The position numbers and the translations under genes were made by a program. From a virus (Duplodnaviria; Caudoviricetes), in IMG/VR virus record IMGVR_UViG_3300024309_000086, positions 2,398-66,397 of that record: DNA of 64,000 nucleotides, one strand, 5' to 3'. The first letter of the stretch is position 1; every line of letters begins with the position of its first letter. The notes below the pieces were generated by a model, which did not search any database, was not told the DNA's origin, and saw nothing but the letters and a program-made list of their open reading frames with translations. Below, piece by piece: positions 8,536 to 19,025 of the stretch.

Positions 8536-9737
8536 TGCAGCGCCTTCACGGTCGCGGTAACCGCGCTGTTCGTCTTCGCGACGTGCAGCTGGAACTTATG
8601 GCCGTTCGTCGTCGTGAAGGCATCGCCGTCAACCTTGGTGAAGCCGGCGAGCGTGATGGCTCCGGCCGAAGCGCCGTTCACGATCTCGACGATGATGGTA
8701 TAGACGCCCGCCGCCGTAGGAGCGTTGATCGTTGTAGCGCCGCCGTTCGTCCCATGCTGGATGTTGCCAGTGGCATAGGTGAGCGTCACGGCGCCACTCA
8801 GCGTGCCGAGGTTCTTGCTCGTCGCCGAGTATCCCTTGAGCGCTGTATCACCTTCTCGGGAAACGGCATTGACGATACGACTATCATCGCCAGCCGCGAC
8901 GGACCCGGCAGCGGTTCCCACGCTCTTTGCCGCCGCATCGCCGAGCGTCGGCTTGCCGGAAAGATCCGCATAAGCCCCGCTAAAGGGCAATGGACCCTCC
9001 ATCAGCAATTTACCGGTAGCGCCGTCAAAGAGCGCCATCCGACCACTTGTGGCGCCCGCGGGTCCGACAACATCGCCCGTCCCCTCGCCATCAGCGCCCG
9101 CCGGAATACCGAACTCAAGCTCTATTGCACCAGGGCCGGTTGGAGTCGCCGTAACCGTGGCCGACGAACCGGAGGGAAGTGTCGTGACGCCGCCCACGGA
9201 GATATCCGTATAGGGACCTGGTGCACCATCTTCGCCATCTTCGCCCGGCGTTCCCGGCGGGCCGGCGGGGCCCTGACCGTACTGAAACGGCCCGGCCCAG
9301 TCGCCTTCGGTATTCGACGCCTTCACCCATAGCTGGGCGGGCGCCGTGGAAACGTCCAGATAGGAAAAGCCCTTTGGCTTTCCATCGTAGATATCTCGCC
9401 CGGCACTGTCACCGGACATGTCATATTTCCAGATCGTGCCGGCTTCGAGCCCGGCCAGCAGGCGAGCCAGCGCTTCCGCATTCTGCGCGATCTGCGCGTC
9501 ATAGGCAGTGTCGCGGACCAGCGCATAGCTGTAGGTGCCGGTTGCACCAGTCCAATCGACCGCCGCGGTGATCTGGGTATCGCTGTCGACAGTGGCGATC
9601 GGCAGCCCGTTCCCTGCCGCCTCAGGGTAGACGATACCGCCCTTGATGAGCGCGATCTGCCATCCGGTTCCGATACCCGTAACCACGGCGCTGCCGTTCG
9701 TCAGGGAGATCGTCCCCGTCGTGTAAGGAGTGGTCAT
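8532..9737 (-). CDS. Tail fibre protein
   Basis: YTTGTISLTNGSAVVTG N-terminus, short Gly-X-Y stretch, GDVVGP motif. Confidence 0.8.
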   Translation of the reverse strand: MTTPYTTGTISLTNGSAVVTGIGTGWQIALIKGGIVYPEAAGNGLPIATVDSDTQITAAVDWTGATGTYSYALVRDTAYDAQIAQNAEALARLLAGLEAGTIWKYDMSGDSAGRDIYDGKPKGFSYLDVSTAPAQLWVKASNTEGDWAGPFQYGQGPAGPPGTPGEDGEDGAPGPYTDISVGGVTTLPSGSSATVTATPTGPGAIELEFGIPAGADGEGTGDVVGPAGATSGRMALFDGATGKLLMEGPLPFSGAYADLSGKPTLGDAAAKSVGTAAGSVAAGDDSRIVNAVSREGDTALKGYSATSKNLGTLSGAVTLTYATGNIQHGTNGGATTINAPTAAGVYTIIVEIVNGASAGAITLAGFTKVDGDAFTTTNGHKFQLHVAKTNSAVTATVKALQ

Positions 9738-9765
9738 TTCGTGAGGTTCCTATAGGGCCGTAGGC

Positions 9766-11268
9766 TTATGCCGGAATACCGAGGATGTAGTAGCGGATGC
9801 CGAGGATGGGGGAAGGATCATATTCGTAGGTCACCGTGTTGCTGATATAATCAGCGGAATTCTTGTAATACCGATAGATCGGGTTGCCCCTGAACGTCCG
9901 GAACACTGCTTGGCTGGCGGATAGGGTGCAATAGGTGGTGTTCCCGCCGACATTAGAATTCCAACCTACATTATAGTTTGCGCAGATGTTGATAAACGGA
10001 GCACGGACCCGCTTGCTCCATGAATTCACCCCATCATTGGCGCCGGCCCCGTGAACGGTCATCCACTTCACGATCGGGAAGCACCCCGTTCCATCGAAAT
10101 CTATGGTATGCGTGAGTTCCCCATTGCCGACCGAGATGTACCCTTCCTTCAAAATCTGGACACATGGCCAACGGCTATCGATAACGATATCCGAGAAATT
10201 TGGCTCATCCCCGGCACCGGGGCGCAGGATCTGGACGACATTTTGACCACCTACTTCAAACTGCCGCAGGACATCGTTGTCTCCGCTCGTAGGAGCATCA
10301 GTGCCAGTTGCATAAATGATGAAACGAGCACGACAGGATGCGTATGCGTTATTAAAGCGGATGAGACTGCCATCGAACCAATACTCAGATCCGTAAATAC
10401 CCTGTGGCGCGACAGGATTCGCCGGGAAGGTGATCGTCGACCCTTGATAAAAGAACACGTCGGCGACTGCGTTAGGCGGAATGGTCACGCCTATATCGTA
10501 GGAGGAGGCACCAGACGGACAAGCAATGTCTGCCGCGCCGATGATCTTTGTGGGGCTGTTGGCGGTATCGAGGGCCAATTGTGTGGGGCGGCTGATATTA
10601 TTGAGATCAAAGCCGGGTTTGGCTACTCGCACACCATCCTTGTCAATCTGTATTACCGTCGCTCCGTCTACCGGCGGCTGTGGCACGCCGTCAATGATCG
10701 TCGTGTTGTCACCAGGCAGGTTCCAGACAACCAGATTATTGTTGAATACCTCGTTCGTGCCGACCTGCGTGAACCAGTTCAGGCACTGCGAGCCGTTAGC
10801 GATAGTCGTTTGATAAACGCTGAGGTCACTCCCCCAGCCAAACCAACTGGCATTGGAAGTGCGCCACCGTCCGCCTCTGTTGTCGTATCCGGTCAGTACC
10901 TCGCTTACGATCGATCCGACAAAACGCCCGTTGGAAATGCGTTTCGACTTCACTTCACATAGCGGAAAATCATACAGCAAACCGGGGAAATGATCTCGAC
11001 GGAACCATGTCTCTTCTGACCAGCCCTGAGTATCCGGAAGCGAGCGCTTGGTGTAGCTTGAAGCGTTTGCACCGGCAGGCCAGAACGTGTCTGCCCCCAT
11101 CTTCGGCATCAAATCAATGCCCGCCAGCTTATAGTCCTTCGTCCACTTCGAATTGTAGAGGAACGACCCGACATTTGCGTCGGGTTCCTCACCGGGATCG
11201 ATGTCGCCCTTGGTGATCTTCAGGCAAGGGACGCCCTCGTAGTCGAGGCCAATCATGGTCTGGGTCAT
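9766..11268 (-). CDS. Tail-tip / receptor-binding protein
   Basis: 500 aa beta-rich ORF between the central tail protein and the fibre. Confidence 0.65.
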   Translation of the reverse strand: MTQTMIGLDYEGVPCLKITKGDIDPGEEPDANVGSFLYNSKWTKDYKLAGIDLMPKMGADTFWPAGANASSYTKRSLPDTQGWSEETWFRRDHFPGLLYDFPLCEVKSKRISNGRFVGSIVSEVLTGYDNRGGRWRTSNASWFGWGSDLSVYQTTIANGSQCLNWFTQVGTNEVFNNNLVVWNLPGDNTTIIDGVPQPPVDGATVIQIDKDGVRVAKPGFDLNNISRPTQLALDTANSPTKIIGAADIACPSGASSYDIGVTIPPNAVADVFFYQGSTITFPANPVAPQGIYGSEYWFDGSLIRFNNAYASCRARFIIYATGTDAPTSGDNDVLRQFEVGGQNVVQILRPGAGDEPNFSDIVIDSRWPCVQILKEGYISVGNGELTHTIDFDGTGCFPIVKWMTVHGAGANDGVNSWSKRVRAPFINICANYNVGWNSNVGGNTTYCTLSASQAVFRTFRGNPIYRYYKNSADYISNTVTYEYDPSPILGIRYYILGIPA

Positions 11269-13694
11269 GATCTAAAAATCAGCCTCCCGGTATTGAGATT
11301 GAAATCAACCTTCTCGTTCTGAGAAAGCAGGCGACCGGCGCGGACGGTCCCGATGTTGGCGATCTGGAGCTTCAACTCGCCGTCTTCGAACACAAGCGGC
11401 AGGAAGTTGTTATCGAGGTCGCCCGGGTTGAGCACCACGAACCGGTCGGCCATGACGGCGAACTCGGACTGGACGTCACCGCCCACATCGACAATCTGGA
11501 GGTAGAAGCCGGAATCGTTCCAAGCATCACCCTCCGTTACCCGGAGCTGCACAGAGAACCGAGCCAGAGCCCCGGTCTGGTCAGCGGCAGCAGTGAAGCG
11601 GATGCGTCCCTGCGCAAAGCGGTCATCGACAGCCACGGTGACGTCCGTGATCTGCTCGGCCAGCGCCTCCATGTCGTTAGCAACGACGACGACCTGTTCA
11701 TCGAAGGCCGCGCGGTTGTTGCCGACTTCGACAGCAAGGCGACGACGGGCGGAATCCGCCACGGCGCCAAGCAGTTGCTGGTTCGTCAGGATCTGCTCCA
11801 ACAACGGCCGCGTATCGTCCAGGCCCTGCTGGAGCTCAGCGAAGCGGTCTTTCACCTCCTGCTTGAGATTGTTCAGTCCGACCTCCAGATCGGCGTTGCC
11901 GCCGTCCAGAGACGTGACCGTTACCCATGAAGTCCAGGCCGGCTGCGCACGACCATCCACAACGAGGCGATAGCGAAACTCGTATTCGGTCAGGCTGACA
12001 ATGCCCTCTTGCACGAAAGCAATGTTCGCATCGGGGGCGACGGAGCGGGTGAAAATGTTTGTCGGCTCGGCCTTGATGCGCCATTGGATTTCAACGGCGG
12101 TCACAGTCGGGTCGATGACGTCAGACCAAGAGATGCGGAAGGCTGCATATGTGCGACCGTCGGCGCCAGTCGCGATGACAGGAATGAGCGCATAGTCCGG
12201 CAGATCGTTGAGATAGACCGGTTCGCCCGGAGGAAGCGGAACGACGGGAGGCAAGACGCCGACGCTGTCGTAGATATCGCCGGAGCGCTCGACGAGCGAG
12301 AGCACGACATTCCGAGGCCCGTCGCTGGTCAGCGCCTTGATGGAGCGACTGGAGACCATCCACACGCGATTGCCATAGCGGGCGGAATTCCAACGAACCC
12401 AGTCTCCGCCGTTGATCGTCTGGAAGCGTGGCCGAACGACGATTTCCGCCGTCGCCTCGAAGCGGTTTTCCTTGTAGTAGATCGACGCCAGTTGGTTCGC
12501 CTGCGCCTTGTAGGGAACAGTCGTGAAGTCGAGCTTGAAGTCGCGCGTGCGGCGGTCGAGCGCAACCTGTGTCGGGTCGGTCTGCGTATCGTAGCCGACC
12601 GGAGACCAGATGTTCGACGGCTCCGGATAGGTACCCTGCACCGAGTTCACGACGTCGGCCATCGACTTGTAACGCTGGAACCTCACCGGCTCTGTGGTGA
12701 TCAGGTCGTCATCGGTGATGGTCTCGACAATCGGCTGGTCCGTGCCGATGAGGGGCCACGAGCCGTCGACGCTATCGACAATGATGCCGCCGCAGGACTG
12801 CATGACGGCATCGATGTTGTCGCCGTGTTCCAGGTCGGCGTCGAAGATGATCGAGCAGCGGTACCGGACGCCGTAATCGGCGGTCTCATCACAGATGTTG
12901 GCCGCGATGGCATAGCGATCAACGGGAAGATCGACGGGTGTCATCTCCATGCCGAGGAACACATCACCGTTGATCGCAAAGCCCCGGCGGTAATTGTATT
13001 CCATGACGACCGGGTTCTCGGTGAACTCGTATGTCGAGTAATCACCCCAGCGGTGCGGGCCATCCCCGCCGGCCGTCGAATCCTTGCGGAAGTCATAGAG
13101 CCGTGCACCGCGAAGCTGGAAGAAAAACTCCGGAAACTGCGCCAGCTTCTCCTGGTTGTAAGTCAGGAAAGCCACGAGATAGCACATGCCCGTGCCGACG
13201 TGATTTTCAGTCCAGCGACCCGCAGGATTGGCCCCGCTGATGAGCGTCGGGTCGGCCGCCGTCTGCGTTCCGTCATAGAACTGGAAGGACATGAGCCCGG
13301 CATAGTCGCCGCTGTCGACGGTGAAGCGGCCGTCGCCCTGGTCCGTTAGCGGTAATTCCTTGCCGCCGGCCCAGATCTTCTCCATCCCGTCGCACGGGAA
13401 GTCCGAGAAGGCAAAGACCTGCTGGAGGTTCTTGTTGGAACCGCCATAGGTGTTCACATAGCAGTCGTGACCGGCAATGCCAACGCGGCCACAGGCCACC
13501 TGTCGCGATACGTTCTCCCCGTACTGACGTTCGAACTGGACGCCGCCGGCCTGCTGCTGCGCCTTCTTCGCGCGGTTCTTTGCGATCTTGGCGCTGATGA
13601 GCTGGAGCCCGATACCGAGCACCAGCTTGCCGATGATGCCCAGGCCGCCAATGAACGAGCCAATGGCACCAATGACGGGAGCGAGAAAACCCAT
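11265..13694 (-). CDS. Central tail-tip protein (gpJ-like)
   Basis: 809 aa; LRGARLYDFR, ENPVVMEYNYRRG, FN3-like and coiled-coil C-terminus. Confidence 0.82.
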   Translation of the reverse strand: MGFLAPVIGAIGSFIGGLGIIGKLVLGIGLQLISAKIAKNRAKKAQQQAGGVQFERQYGENVSRQVACGRVGIAGHDCYVNTYGGSNKNLQQVFAFSDFPCDGMEKIWAGGKELPLTDQGDGRFTVDSGDYAGLMSFQFYDGTQTAADPTLISGANPAGRWTENHVGTGMCYLVAFLTYNQEKLAQFPEFFFQLRGARLYDFRKDSTAGGDGPHRWGDYSTYEFTENPVVMEYNYRRGFAINGDVFLGMEMTPVDLPVDRYAIAANICDETADYGVRYRCSIIFDADLEHGDNIDAVMQSCGGIIVDSVDGSWPLIGTDQPIVETITDDDLITTEPVRFQRYKSMADVVNSVQGTYPEPSNIWSPVGYDTQTDPTQVALDRRTRDFKLDFTTVPYKAQANQLASIYYKENRFEATAEIVVRPRFQTINGGDWVRWNSARYGNRVWMVSSRSIKALTSDGPRNVVLSLVERSGDIYDSVGVLPPVVPLPPGEPVYLNDLPDYALIPVIATGADGRTYAAFRISWSDVIDPTVTAVEIQWRIKAEPTNIFTRSVAPDANIAFVQEGIVSLTEYEFRYRLVVDGRAQPAWTSWVTVTSLDGGNADLEVGLNNLKQEVKDRFAELQQGLDDTRPLLEQILTNQQLLGAVADSARRRLAVEVGNNRAAFDEQVVVVANDMEALAEQITDVTVAVDDRFAQGRIRFTAAADQTGALARFSVQLRVTEGDAWNDSGFYLQIVDVGGDVQSEFAVMADRFVVLNPGDLDNNFLPLVFEDGELKLQIANIGTVRAGRLLSQNEKVDFNLNTGRLIFRS

Positions 13695-14098
13695 TATTCC
13701 ACCTTGAAAGCGGCAAGCGCCGCAGACGGCGGCAGAAAGACGATCGCGTCAGTGCCGCGCGTCATGAAGCCAGCCGACGTAAAAACGCCGCCGGATATCT
13801 CGCCATTGTTGTCGTAGACGCCGATGTCGCCCCGCTGGGCCATCAGGACCGGGATTTCGGGCAAGCGGGCCGCGAAGGCATCGCGCACGGTTTCAAAGCC
13901 GCGCTTGCGAAGCAGCTTGGCTGCGCCGGTTGGCGTCTTGTAGCGGCGGGCCGCTGCGCCATGCATGGTGCTACCCGTCACGGCCTCAACAGCGTCGTCG
14001 GCGATGAGGTAGCAGTCGGAAAGACCATACTGCGCAGGCAATGCCTGATGCTTCGCCACAACATCGTTGAGGCGTTTCAACCAGTCTGGATGTCGCAT
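13694..14098 (-). CDS. NlpC/P60-like tail-tip protein (DUF6950-like)
   Basis: WLKRLN...YGLSDC...AQRGDI; gpK-like position. Confidence 0.7.
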   Translation of the reverse strand: MRHPDWLKRLNDVVAKHQALPAQYGLSDCYLIADDAVEAVTGSTMHGAAARRYKTPTGAAKLLRKRGFETVRDAFAARLPEIPVLMAQRGDIGVYDNNGEISGGVFTSAGFMTRGTDAIVFLPPSAALAAFKVE

Positions 14099-14103
14099 GA
14101 AAC

Positions 14104-14754
14104 CTACCTGAACAACCCTAGGAAGCCGCGCGAGACCGATCCGGCCCACGCGCCGCGATTAGGCGACGTTTGAGCACCAGACGGCCCTGCCCTGCCCCAG
14201 ATCAATTCAACGCGGCCTGCAGTGGCGGCGTGCTCAAAGAACATGTCGCCTTCGTCTCGCCGCTTCTGATCTGCGATCGAGCGATACCGCCCGTTCTTCC
14301 GGCTGTAATCGAGTTGGCGGCCTTCGCATGTCGCCTCGATGTAGGCTCCGCCATCCGTGCCGAAGTGATGCTGGATCGTGTCGACGTAGCCGCGCGCGAC
14401 CGTCTCGACTTGGAGAAGCACGCCGGTATCGGGATGGAGGTGCGCATCCATGACGCGCACTGGCCGGTCGCGGTAATCCTCGTCCTCGATCTCGGTCAGC
14501 ATGGCGGGCGTGAGGCCGAAATCCTTGCTCTCAGCCAGGCGAAGCGTGAAATTGCCGTCGGCCGATGTTCCGAGCCCGCCGCCCAGATCGGAAACCTCTA
14601 TGAGGCCGAACGGCTGATAGGTCACGCCGCTATAGGTCAGGGCGTCCTTGTCGGCGATGAAGCCGTAGGTACCCGTGCCGAAATCGAACCGGATCATCTG
14701 CCGGGTGGCAATCCGTCCGGCGTCGTAGAGGTCTTTCACGTCGTTCGAGAGCAT
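14104..14754 (-). CDS. Tail-tip protein (gpL/DUF2163-like)
   Basis: YSGVTYQPFG; position in the tail-tip cluster. Confidence 0.65.
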   Translation of the reverse strand: MLSNDVKDLYDAGRIATRQMIRFDFGTGTYGFIADKDALTYSGVTYQPFGLIEVSDLGGGLGTSADGNFTLRLAESKDFGLTPAMLTEIEDEDYRDRPVRVMDAHLHPDTGVLLQVETVARGYVDTIQHHFGTDGGAYIEATCEGRQLDYSRKNGRYRSIADQKRRDEGDMFFEHAATAGRVELIWGRAGPSGAQTSPNRGAWAGSVSRGFLGLFR

Positions 14755-15371
14755 TAGGCACTCTCCACCAGCTTGAACGACACGGTGTAGAACCGCCCGC
14801 TGCGCGGCGCCTGAAAGCTATCCGGCACTGGACGCATGAGGACGGCAGGCTTCGCGAAACGCACCACAGCGCCCGCCTGGGCGACCGTGGCAAACGGCGG
14901 CGGCTCGACCGTAATCGTGCGCGTGGTGTCCGTCCCGGATGCTTCCGTGACGCGGCCGACGTAGTAGCGGCCGCTGCGCTCTAACCCCAGCCTGTCGCCC
15001 GGTCCAAGAACCAAGCCGGCGTCGACGCCACTAACGGACAGCACGTTGCCATCTGCCACGCTCACCAGGTTGCCAGGGTCATCGGCCGGCCCGTGGTCCT
15101 GCCAATGCGCCTTCGGATAGCAGACGTGCGGATGCCGAAACAGCACCGACCGGAGGCCGCCGCGTAGGGAAAGCCACCACGACTCCAACTCAGCGAACTG
15201 CGACAAGAGCAGCGGCCGGGTCGTCAAGCTGGCTTCCCATGCCGGCGGCGCGACCTGCGTATAGTTGATCAGGCCGCTTGCCGCCGGGGAAGCCGTGACG
15301 CCTTCGCGCAGCACTACGTCTGCCGTGACGTAGCCGACGTCCGGCAGCTCGCGGGGGAATGTGATTGGCAT
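14754..15371 (-). CDS. Distal tail protein-like
   Basis: Follows the tape measure gene. Confidence 0.6.
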   Translation of the reverse strand: MPITFPRELPDVGYVTADVVLREGVTASPAASGLINYTQVAPPAWEASLTTRPLLLSQFAELESWWLSLRGGLRSVLFRHPHVCYPKAHWQDHGPADDPGNLVSVADGNVLSVSGVDAGLVLGPGDRLGLERSGRYYVGRVTEASGTDTTRTITVEPPPFATVAQAGAVVRFAKPAVLMRPVPDSFQAPRSGRFYTVSFKLVESA

Positions 15372-15392
15372 CTGGAATCCTTGCTGCTGGCG

Positions 15393-18134
15393 CTAGAGGC
15401 CGCGCCGCTGCTGGGCGTCCTTGACTGTCTTGACGATGGTTCCGGGGAGCTCGCGCTGGAGAGTGGCGAGCCGTTGCTCCACACGCGCCAAACCGGCGGC
15501 GTCGGCGCCCGTGGCATCGATTGCGATGCTGATGGGGGCGGTGATGGCTGATTGGGCGGTTCGCGGCGCTACCTTCGGCAAAGTCGGCGCTCGCACGCCA
15601 ACCGGCCCGCCGTCGGCATAGCCGCGGCGCAGCGCTTCCACAGCCGCCACGCCGCCCATGCGGGCAACGTCTGCCTGCGAGAAGACGACCTCACCCTTGT
15701 GGACGATGCCGGCCGGCTGGTTCTTGCCGCCAGGGCCGGTGTAGCCGCCGGAAGCGTAGAGTCCGATGCCGCCGCTGCTGGCGATGCCGAACTGGCCGCC
15801 GCCGCCGAATAGACTGAAGATGCCACCTAGCAGGCCACCGCTGCCTCCCGCGTTCTGCACCTTGAAGATGCTGGACAGAACGTCGTCGATCAGAGCCTTG
15901 CCGATCTTCTTGAGCGAGTTGGCGAAGATATCAGCCGCCTTCTCGCCCTCGATGAAGCCATCGATCATACCGGAAACGACGTCTTTGGCGGTATTGAGCG
16001 CGTCCTCGGCCTTCTTCTTGATCTCTTCCTGCATTTCCTCGAAGCGCTGGGAGGCTTCAGTCGCCACGCCGTAATTGGTCGCCAGCTGCAACATGGACTC
16101 TGCCTGCTTCCGCGCGGCCGGCGACAGGCCGTCGAACTCACCGCGGAGTAGCTGCTGAACGTCCTTGAGCTCTTTGCCGGCCGCTGTCCCCGCCTTCTGA
16201 GCGGCGCTGAGAAGATCCTGAGCCGCCTTGGCGCGGGCCGTCGAATAGCCGTAGTCATTGATCAGCGGGTTCAGGCCTGCCTGCGCAGCCGTCTCCGCCT
16301 GCAAAGCTGCAGTCCGATCCTTGATTTGCTGGACTTCGCGCTCGTACTCGTTCTTGCGCTTCTTCTTGCCTGAGCCGCTGTCTGCGCCAGCTATGCCGCC
16401 GCCGAAGCCATCCGTGTTACGGGTTGGCTTCTTCCGACCGGAGGCAACGTCTTCGAAGTCCTTCTGGACCTTCTCGAGGTCGGCAACCTGCTTCTCAATG
16501 GTGTCGATGAGGTCTTGGCGGTCTTTGACGGCCGGGCTGTTGTCGACCGTGTTCTGCACATCCGTCGCGTCTGGCGTCGGAAGCAGTGACATTGATGGCG
16601 CAACTTGTTCTCGGACAATAGACGCCGCAAGCTCACGTTCCGCCTTAGCGCGAGCAAGTGCGACTTTCGCCGCGTCGATATCAGCAGCGATCTTCTGCCG
16701 CGTCGAATCAACCGCCGTCTTATTGGCCCAGTCCAAGGTCTCTATCTGGAAAGTGAGCTCCTTGAGCGACTTCCCGTGGACTTCGGAAGCCTCCTGAGCA
16801 TCGGACTGGCTGGACGAAAACTGGTATATCGCATAAGCCGCGAGGAGCGCGGCGCCACCTGGACCGCCAACGAGAGCAAGGGCTCCATTCAAAACCGAAA
16901 CAGCGCCAGCAGTCGCCGTGGCCACCACGCCAACTCGCGCCATTGCAGCGGTCGTCGCCGTGGACGCTGCCGTCACGGCAGCGGTTGACCTCGCCATGGC
17001 AGTTTGCGCGACAACCATGTCACGCGAAGCCTTTGCAACGCTCAGACCAAGAGCTGTGCCGTTCCGCGCCGCAACGAGTGCGGTCTCGGCGTAACGGAGA
17101 TTTGCCGCTGCGGCAGCTTGCTTTGTCTGCGCAGCTTCCAATGCTGCGCGAGCGCTGGCAACGGTAGCCGCGCGCTCTGCAACATTCGCCGCAATCAGGC
17201 CGTAGGTTGCAGAGATGGCCCCGCCTACCGCTCTGCCGGCGTAGTTGACCAGAAGAGCACCGGAAAGGACCAGAACGGCGTCCGCAACGATCCCGATATT
17301 GTCGGCGAGGAGCCCAAGCGCCTGCCCGAGGCGAACAGAGACGCCGCTCGAAGAGTCCGCCGTGCCAACGTACTGAATGACATTGTTACGGAGGCGCGTG
17401 AAGCTGTCAGCTATGGTGGCGTTCGTCTTGGCGAACTGCGCCTCAATCGGCTTCTGCGCGTTGATGATCGCCCGGAAGACGCGGTCGGAAGTCAGCTTAC
17501 CCTCTTCGCCAAGCTTCTTGAGGCCGGCAACGGTGACGCCGAATTCATCGGCGATAGCCTTGGCCACGATCGGGGCATTTTCGCGCAGGGACCGTAGTTC
17601 ATCCCCCTGAAGTACACCTGATCCGAGAGCCTGACCGAGCTGAAGGATGCTCGCCGCCTGTTCTTGCGTGCTTGCACCGCCTGCTTTCATCGCCTTGGAA
17701 ACCAGCGATGTGGCCAGCGCAATTTCTTCCTCTGACTTCGCCACACCAGAGGCCGAGCGTATCAAACGAGCATAAAGGTCCGTATAGGTCTCAAGCGACG
17801 TGCGCGCATCGTCCGCGCCCTTTCGCAGATCCTTTAGAGAGCGCGTCTGCACGCCAGCCGACTGTGCTGCCGCAGCAATCATGTTGCCGGCCTGCGTCCA
17901 GGCATCGGCGTACTGCATCACCTCTCGCGCGCTGAAAGCCCCAGCACCGACAGCCGCACCAGCCTTCAACGTGTTCGCAAAACTCGCGTTGATGTTCTTG
18001 TTCATACGCTCGAACCGAGACTCGATGGCCTTCGTTCTCTGGTTCGTCACGCCCATCGCTCGGCTCAGCGCGTTCTCGTAGCTCTTGATGTTGGCGGACA
18101 GCTGGACGACCAGCCGCTCGATGTCGGTTGCCAT
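15393..18134 (-). CDS. Tape measure protein
   Basis: 913 aa, Ala-rich helical; ALGSGVLQGDELRSL and GGYTGPGGKNQPAGIVHKGE motifs. Confidence 0.93.
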   Translation of the reverse strand: MATDIERLVVQLSANIKSYENALSRAMGVTNQRTKAIESRFERMNKNINASFANTLKAGAAVGAGAFSAREVMQYADAWTQAGNMIAAAAQSAGVQTRSLKDLRKGADDARTSLETYTDLYARLIRSASGVAKSEEEIALATSLVSKAMKAGGASTQEQAASILQLGQALGSGVLQGDELRSLRENAPIVAKAIADEFGVTVAGLKKLGEEGKLTSDRVFRAIINAQKPIEAQFAKTNATIADSFTRLRNNVIQYVGTADSSSGVSVRLGQALGLLADNIGIVADAVLVLSGALLVNYAGRAVGGAISATYGLIAANVAERAATVASARAALEAAQTKQAAAAANLRYAETALVAARNGTALGLSVAKASRDMVVAQTAMARSTAAVTAASTATTAAMARVGVVATATAGAVSVLNGALALVGGPGGAALLAAYAIYQFSSSQSDAQEASEVHGKSLKELTFQIETLDWANKTAVDSTRQKIAADIDAAKVALARAKAERELAASIVREQVAPSMSLLPTPDATDVQNTVDNSPAVKDRQDLIDTIEKQVADLEKVQKDFEDVASGRKKPTRNTDGFGGGIAGADSGSGKKKRKNEYEREVQQIKDRTAALQAETAAQAGLNPLINDYGYSTARAKAAQDLLSAAQKAGTAAGKELKDVQQLLRGEFDGLSPAARKQAESMLQLATNYGVATEASQRFEEMQEEIKKKAEDALNTAKDVVSGMIDGFIEGEKAADIFANSLKKIGKALIDDVLSSIFKVQNAGGSGGLLGGIFSLFGGGGQFGIASSGGIGLYASGGYTGPGGKNQPAGIVHKGEVVFSQADVARMGGVAAVEALRRGYADGGPVGVRAPTLPKVAPRTAQSAITAPISIAIDATGADAAGLARVEQRLATLQRELPGTIVKTVKDAQQRRGL

Positions 18135-18155
18135 ATGCGTGCCTGTCCTGATACA

Positions 18156-18180
18156 AAAAAGCCCCACTTATCGCGGGGCA
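18156..18180 (-). terminator. Putative rho-independent terminator
   Basis: GCCCCGC-GATAA-GTGGGGC-TTTTTT on the minus strand. Confidence 0.55.
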
Positions 18181-18190
18181 GGAGGAACCT

Positions 18191-18463
18191 ATGAAGCTCA
18201 AGCAACGTCTGACGCCGCTGGGTAAGTGGGGGGTTTTTCTCTTCTTTGCAGGACCAATAGTTGCGCTTGGCACTCGCGAGTGGCTGATTTCATATCTGAA
18301 GTCGCTGAGGGGAACCGGCATCACTCAAATGCCAGACGTCACATTGTATCATGCGGCCATTCTCGGCGGCGCGCTGATGTTCCTCATTTCGATTCCGATG
18401 CTGATCATTGGAAGGGAATATCAAAACCACGAGAGCCCAACTGATAATGTGCTCTGGCGCTAA
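18191..18463 (+). CDS. Two-TM membrane protein, moron
   Basis: GGAGG RBS, two hydrophobic segments, opposite strand inside the tail operon. Confidence 0.7.
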   Translation: MKLKQRLTPLGKWGVFLFFAGPIVALGTREWLISYLKSLRGTGITQMPDVTLYHAAILGGALMFLISIPMLIIGREYQNHESPTDNVLWR

Positions 18464-18714
18464 CCCTTCCCCTGCATCCACTCCCAGATTTCATCGACCT
18501 CGCCGCCGTCAAGCTTTCCGGGTTCGTCTGTGCTGTTGGCCTTGATGTAGCCGTCGACCGCAGCCATAAACTGCCACATGGTCATGTCATTGACCTGCTG
18601 CGGCGTGAAGCCAATAGCCGCTCCCGTGCCGTAGATGGAGGCTACTCGGAGCTTTCCGTTGGGGAGGTCGTCGATTCGTTCTCCGCCTCCCCTTCGCCCT
18701 CCCCCACTTTTTCC
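18460..18714 (-). CDS. gpT-like part of the tail assembly chaperone (reached by -1 frameshift)
   Basis: The -1 frame relative to gpG stays open across GGAAAAAG and encodes PNGKLRVASIYGTGAAIGFTPQQVNDMTMWQFMAAVDGY. Confidence 0.65.
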   Translation of the reverse strand, partial: GKSGGGRRGGGERIDDLPNGKLRVASIYGTGAAIGFTPQQVNDMTMWQFMAAVDGYIKANSTDEPGKLDGGEVDEIWEWMQGKG

Positions 18715-19025
18715 TCTGGTGCACCTTGAAGGCCGGCGGCCAAGACAGCCTGCGCGATGAGTACATTGTCGAGTGGCGGATAGGCCTCGACATATGCGCG
18801 GGTCAGGCGCAACGCATCGGCCGGCTTCGATCCTCCACCGATGAGGCCGAGACGGATGACGTTCGCGATGTCCTCGACCTTCCACTGCCCGCCATAGAGG
18901 CGGTTCAGCACGACATACGGCCCGGCGTCACATTTCTCCTGGAGCTCGACCAGTTGCCCCCACGCCAGGCGGAAGGCATAGGTGCCGTCCGCCCAGTCGA
19001 GTTCAATCCGCGCATCGCGAGCCAT
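18642..19025 (-). CDS. Tail assembly chaperone (gpG/GTA gp10-like)
   Basis: WADGTYAFRLAWGQLVELQEKCDAGP; follows the tail tube gene. Confidence 0.8.
   Translation of the reverse strand: MARDARIELDWADGTYAFRLAWGQLVELQEKCDAGPYVVLNRLYGGQWKVEDIANVIRLGLIGGGSKPADALRLTRAYVEAYPPLDNVLIAQAVLAAGLQGAPEEKVGEGEGEAENESTTSPTESSE

Noticed and set aside
12270-12290. Self-targeting via 9-mer hits (TAGATATCG here; also TTGAAGATG near 15862, GATGAAGAA near 3069, CGTTCATAG near 48165)
   Set aside because: Adjacent bases do not match the partner spacer; single 9-mers are expected by chance in 64 kb.
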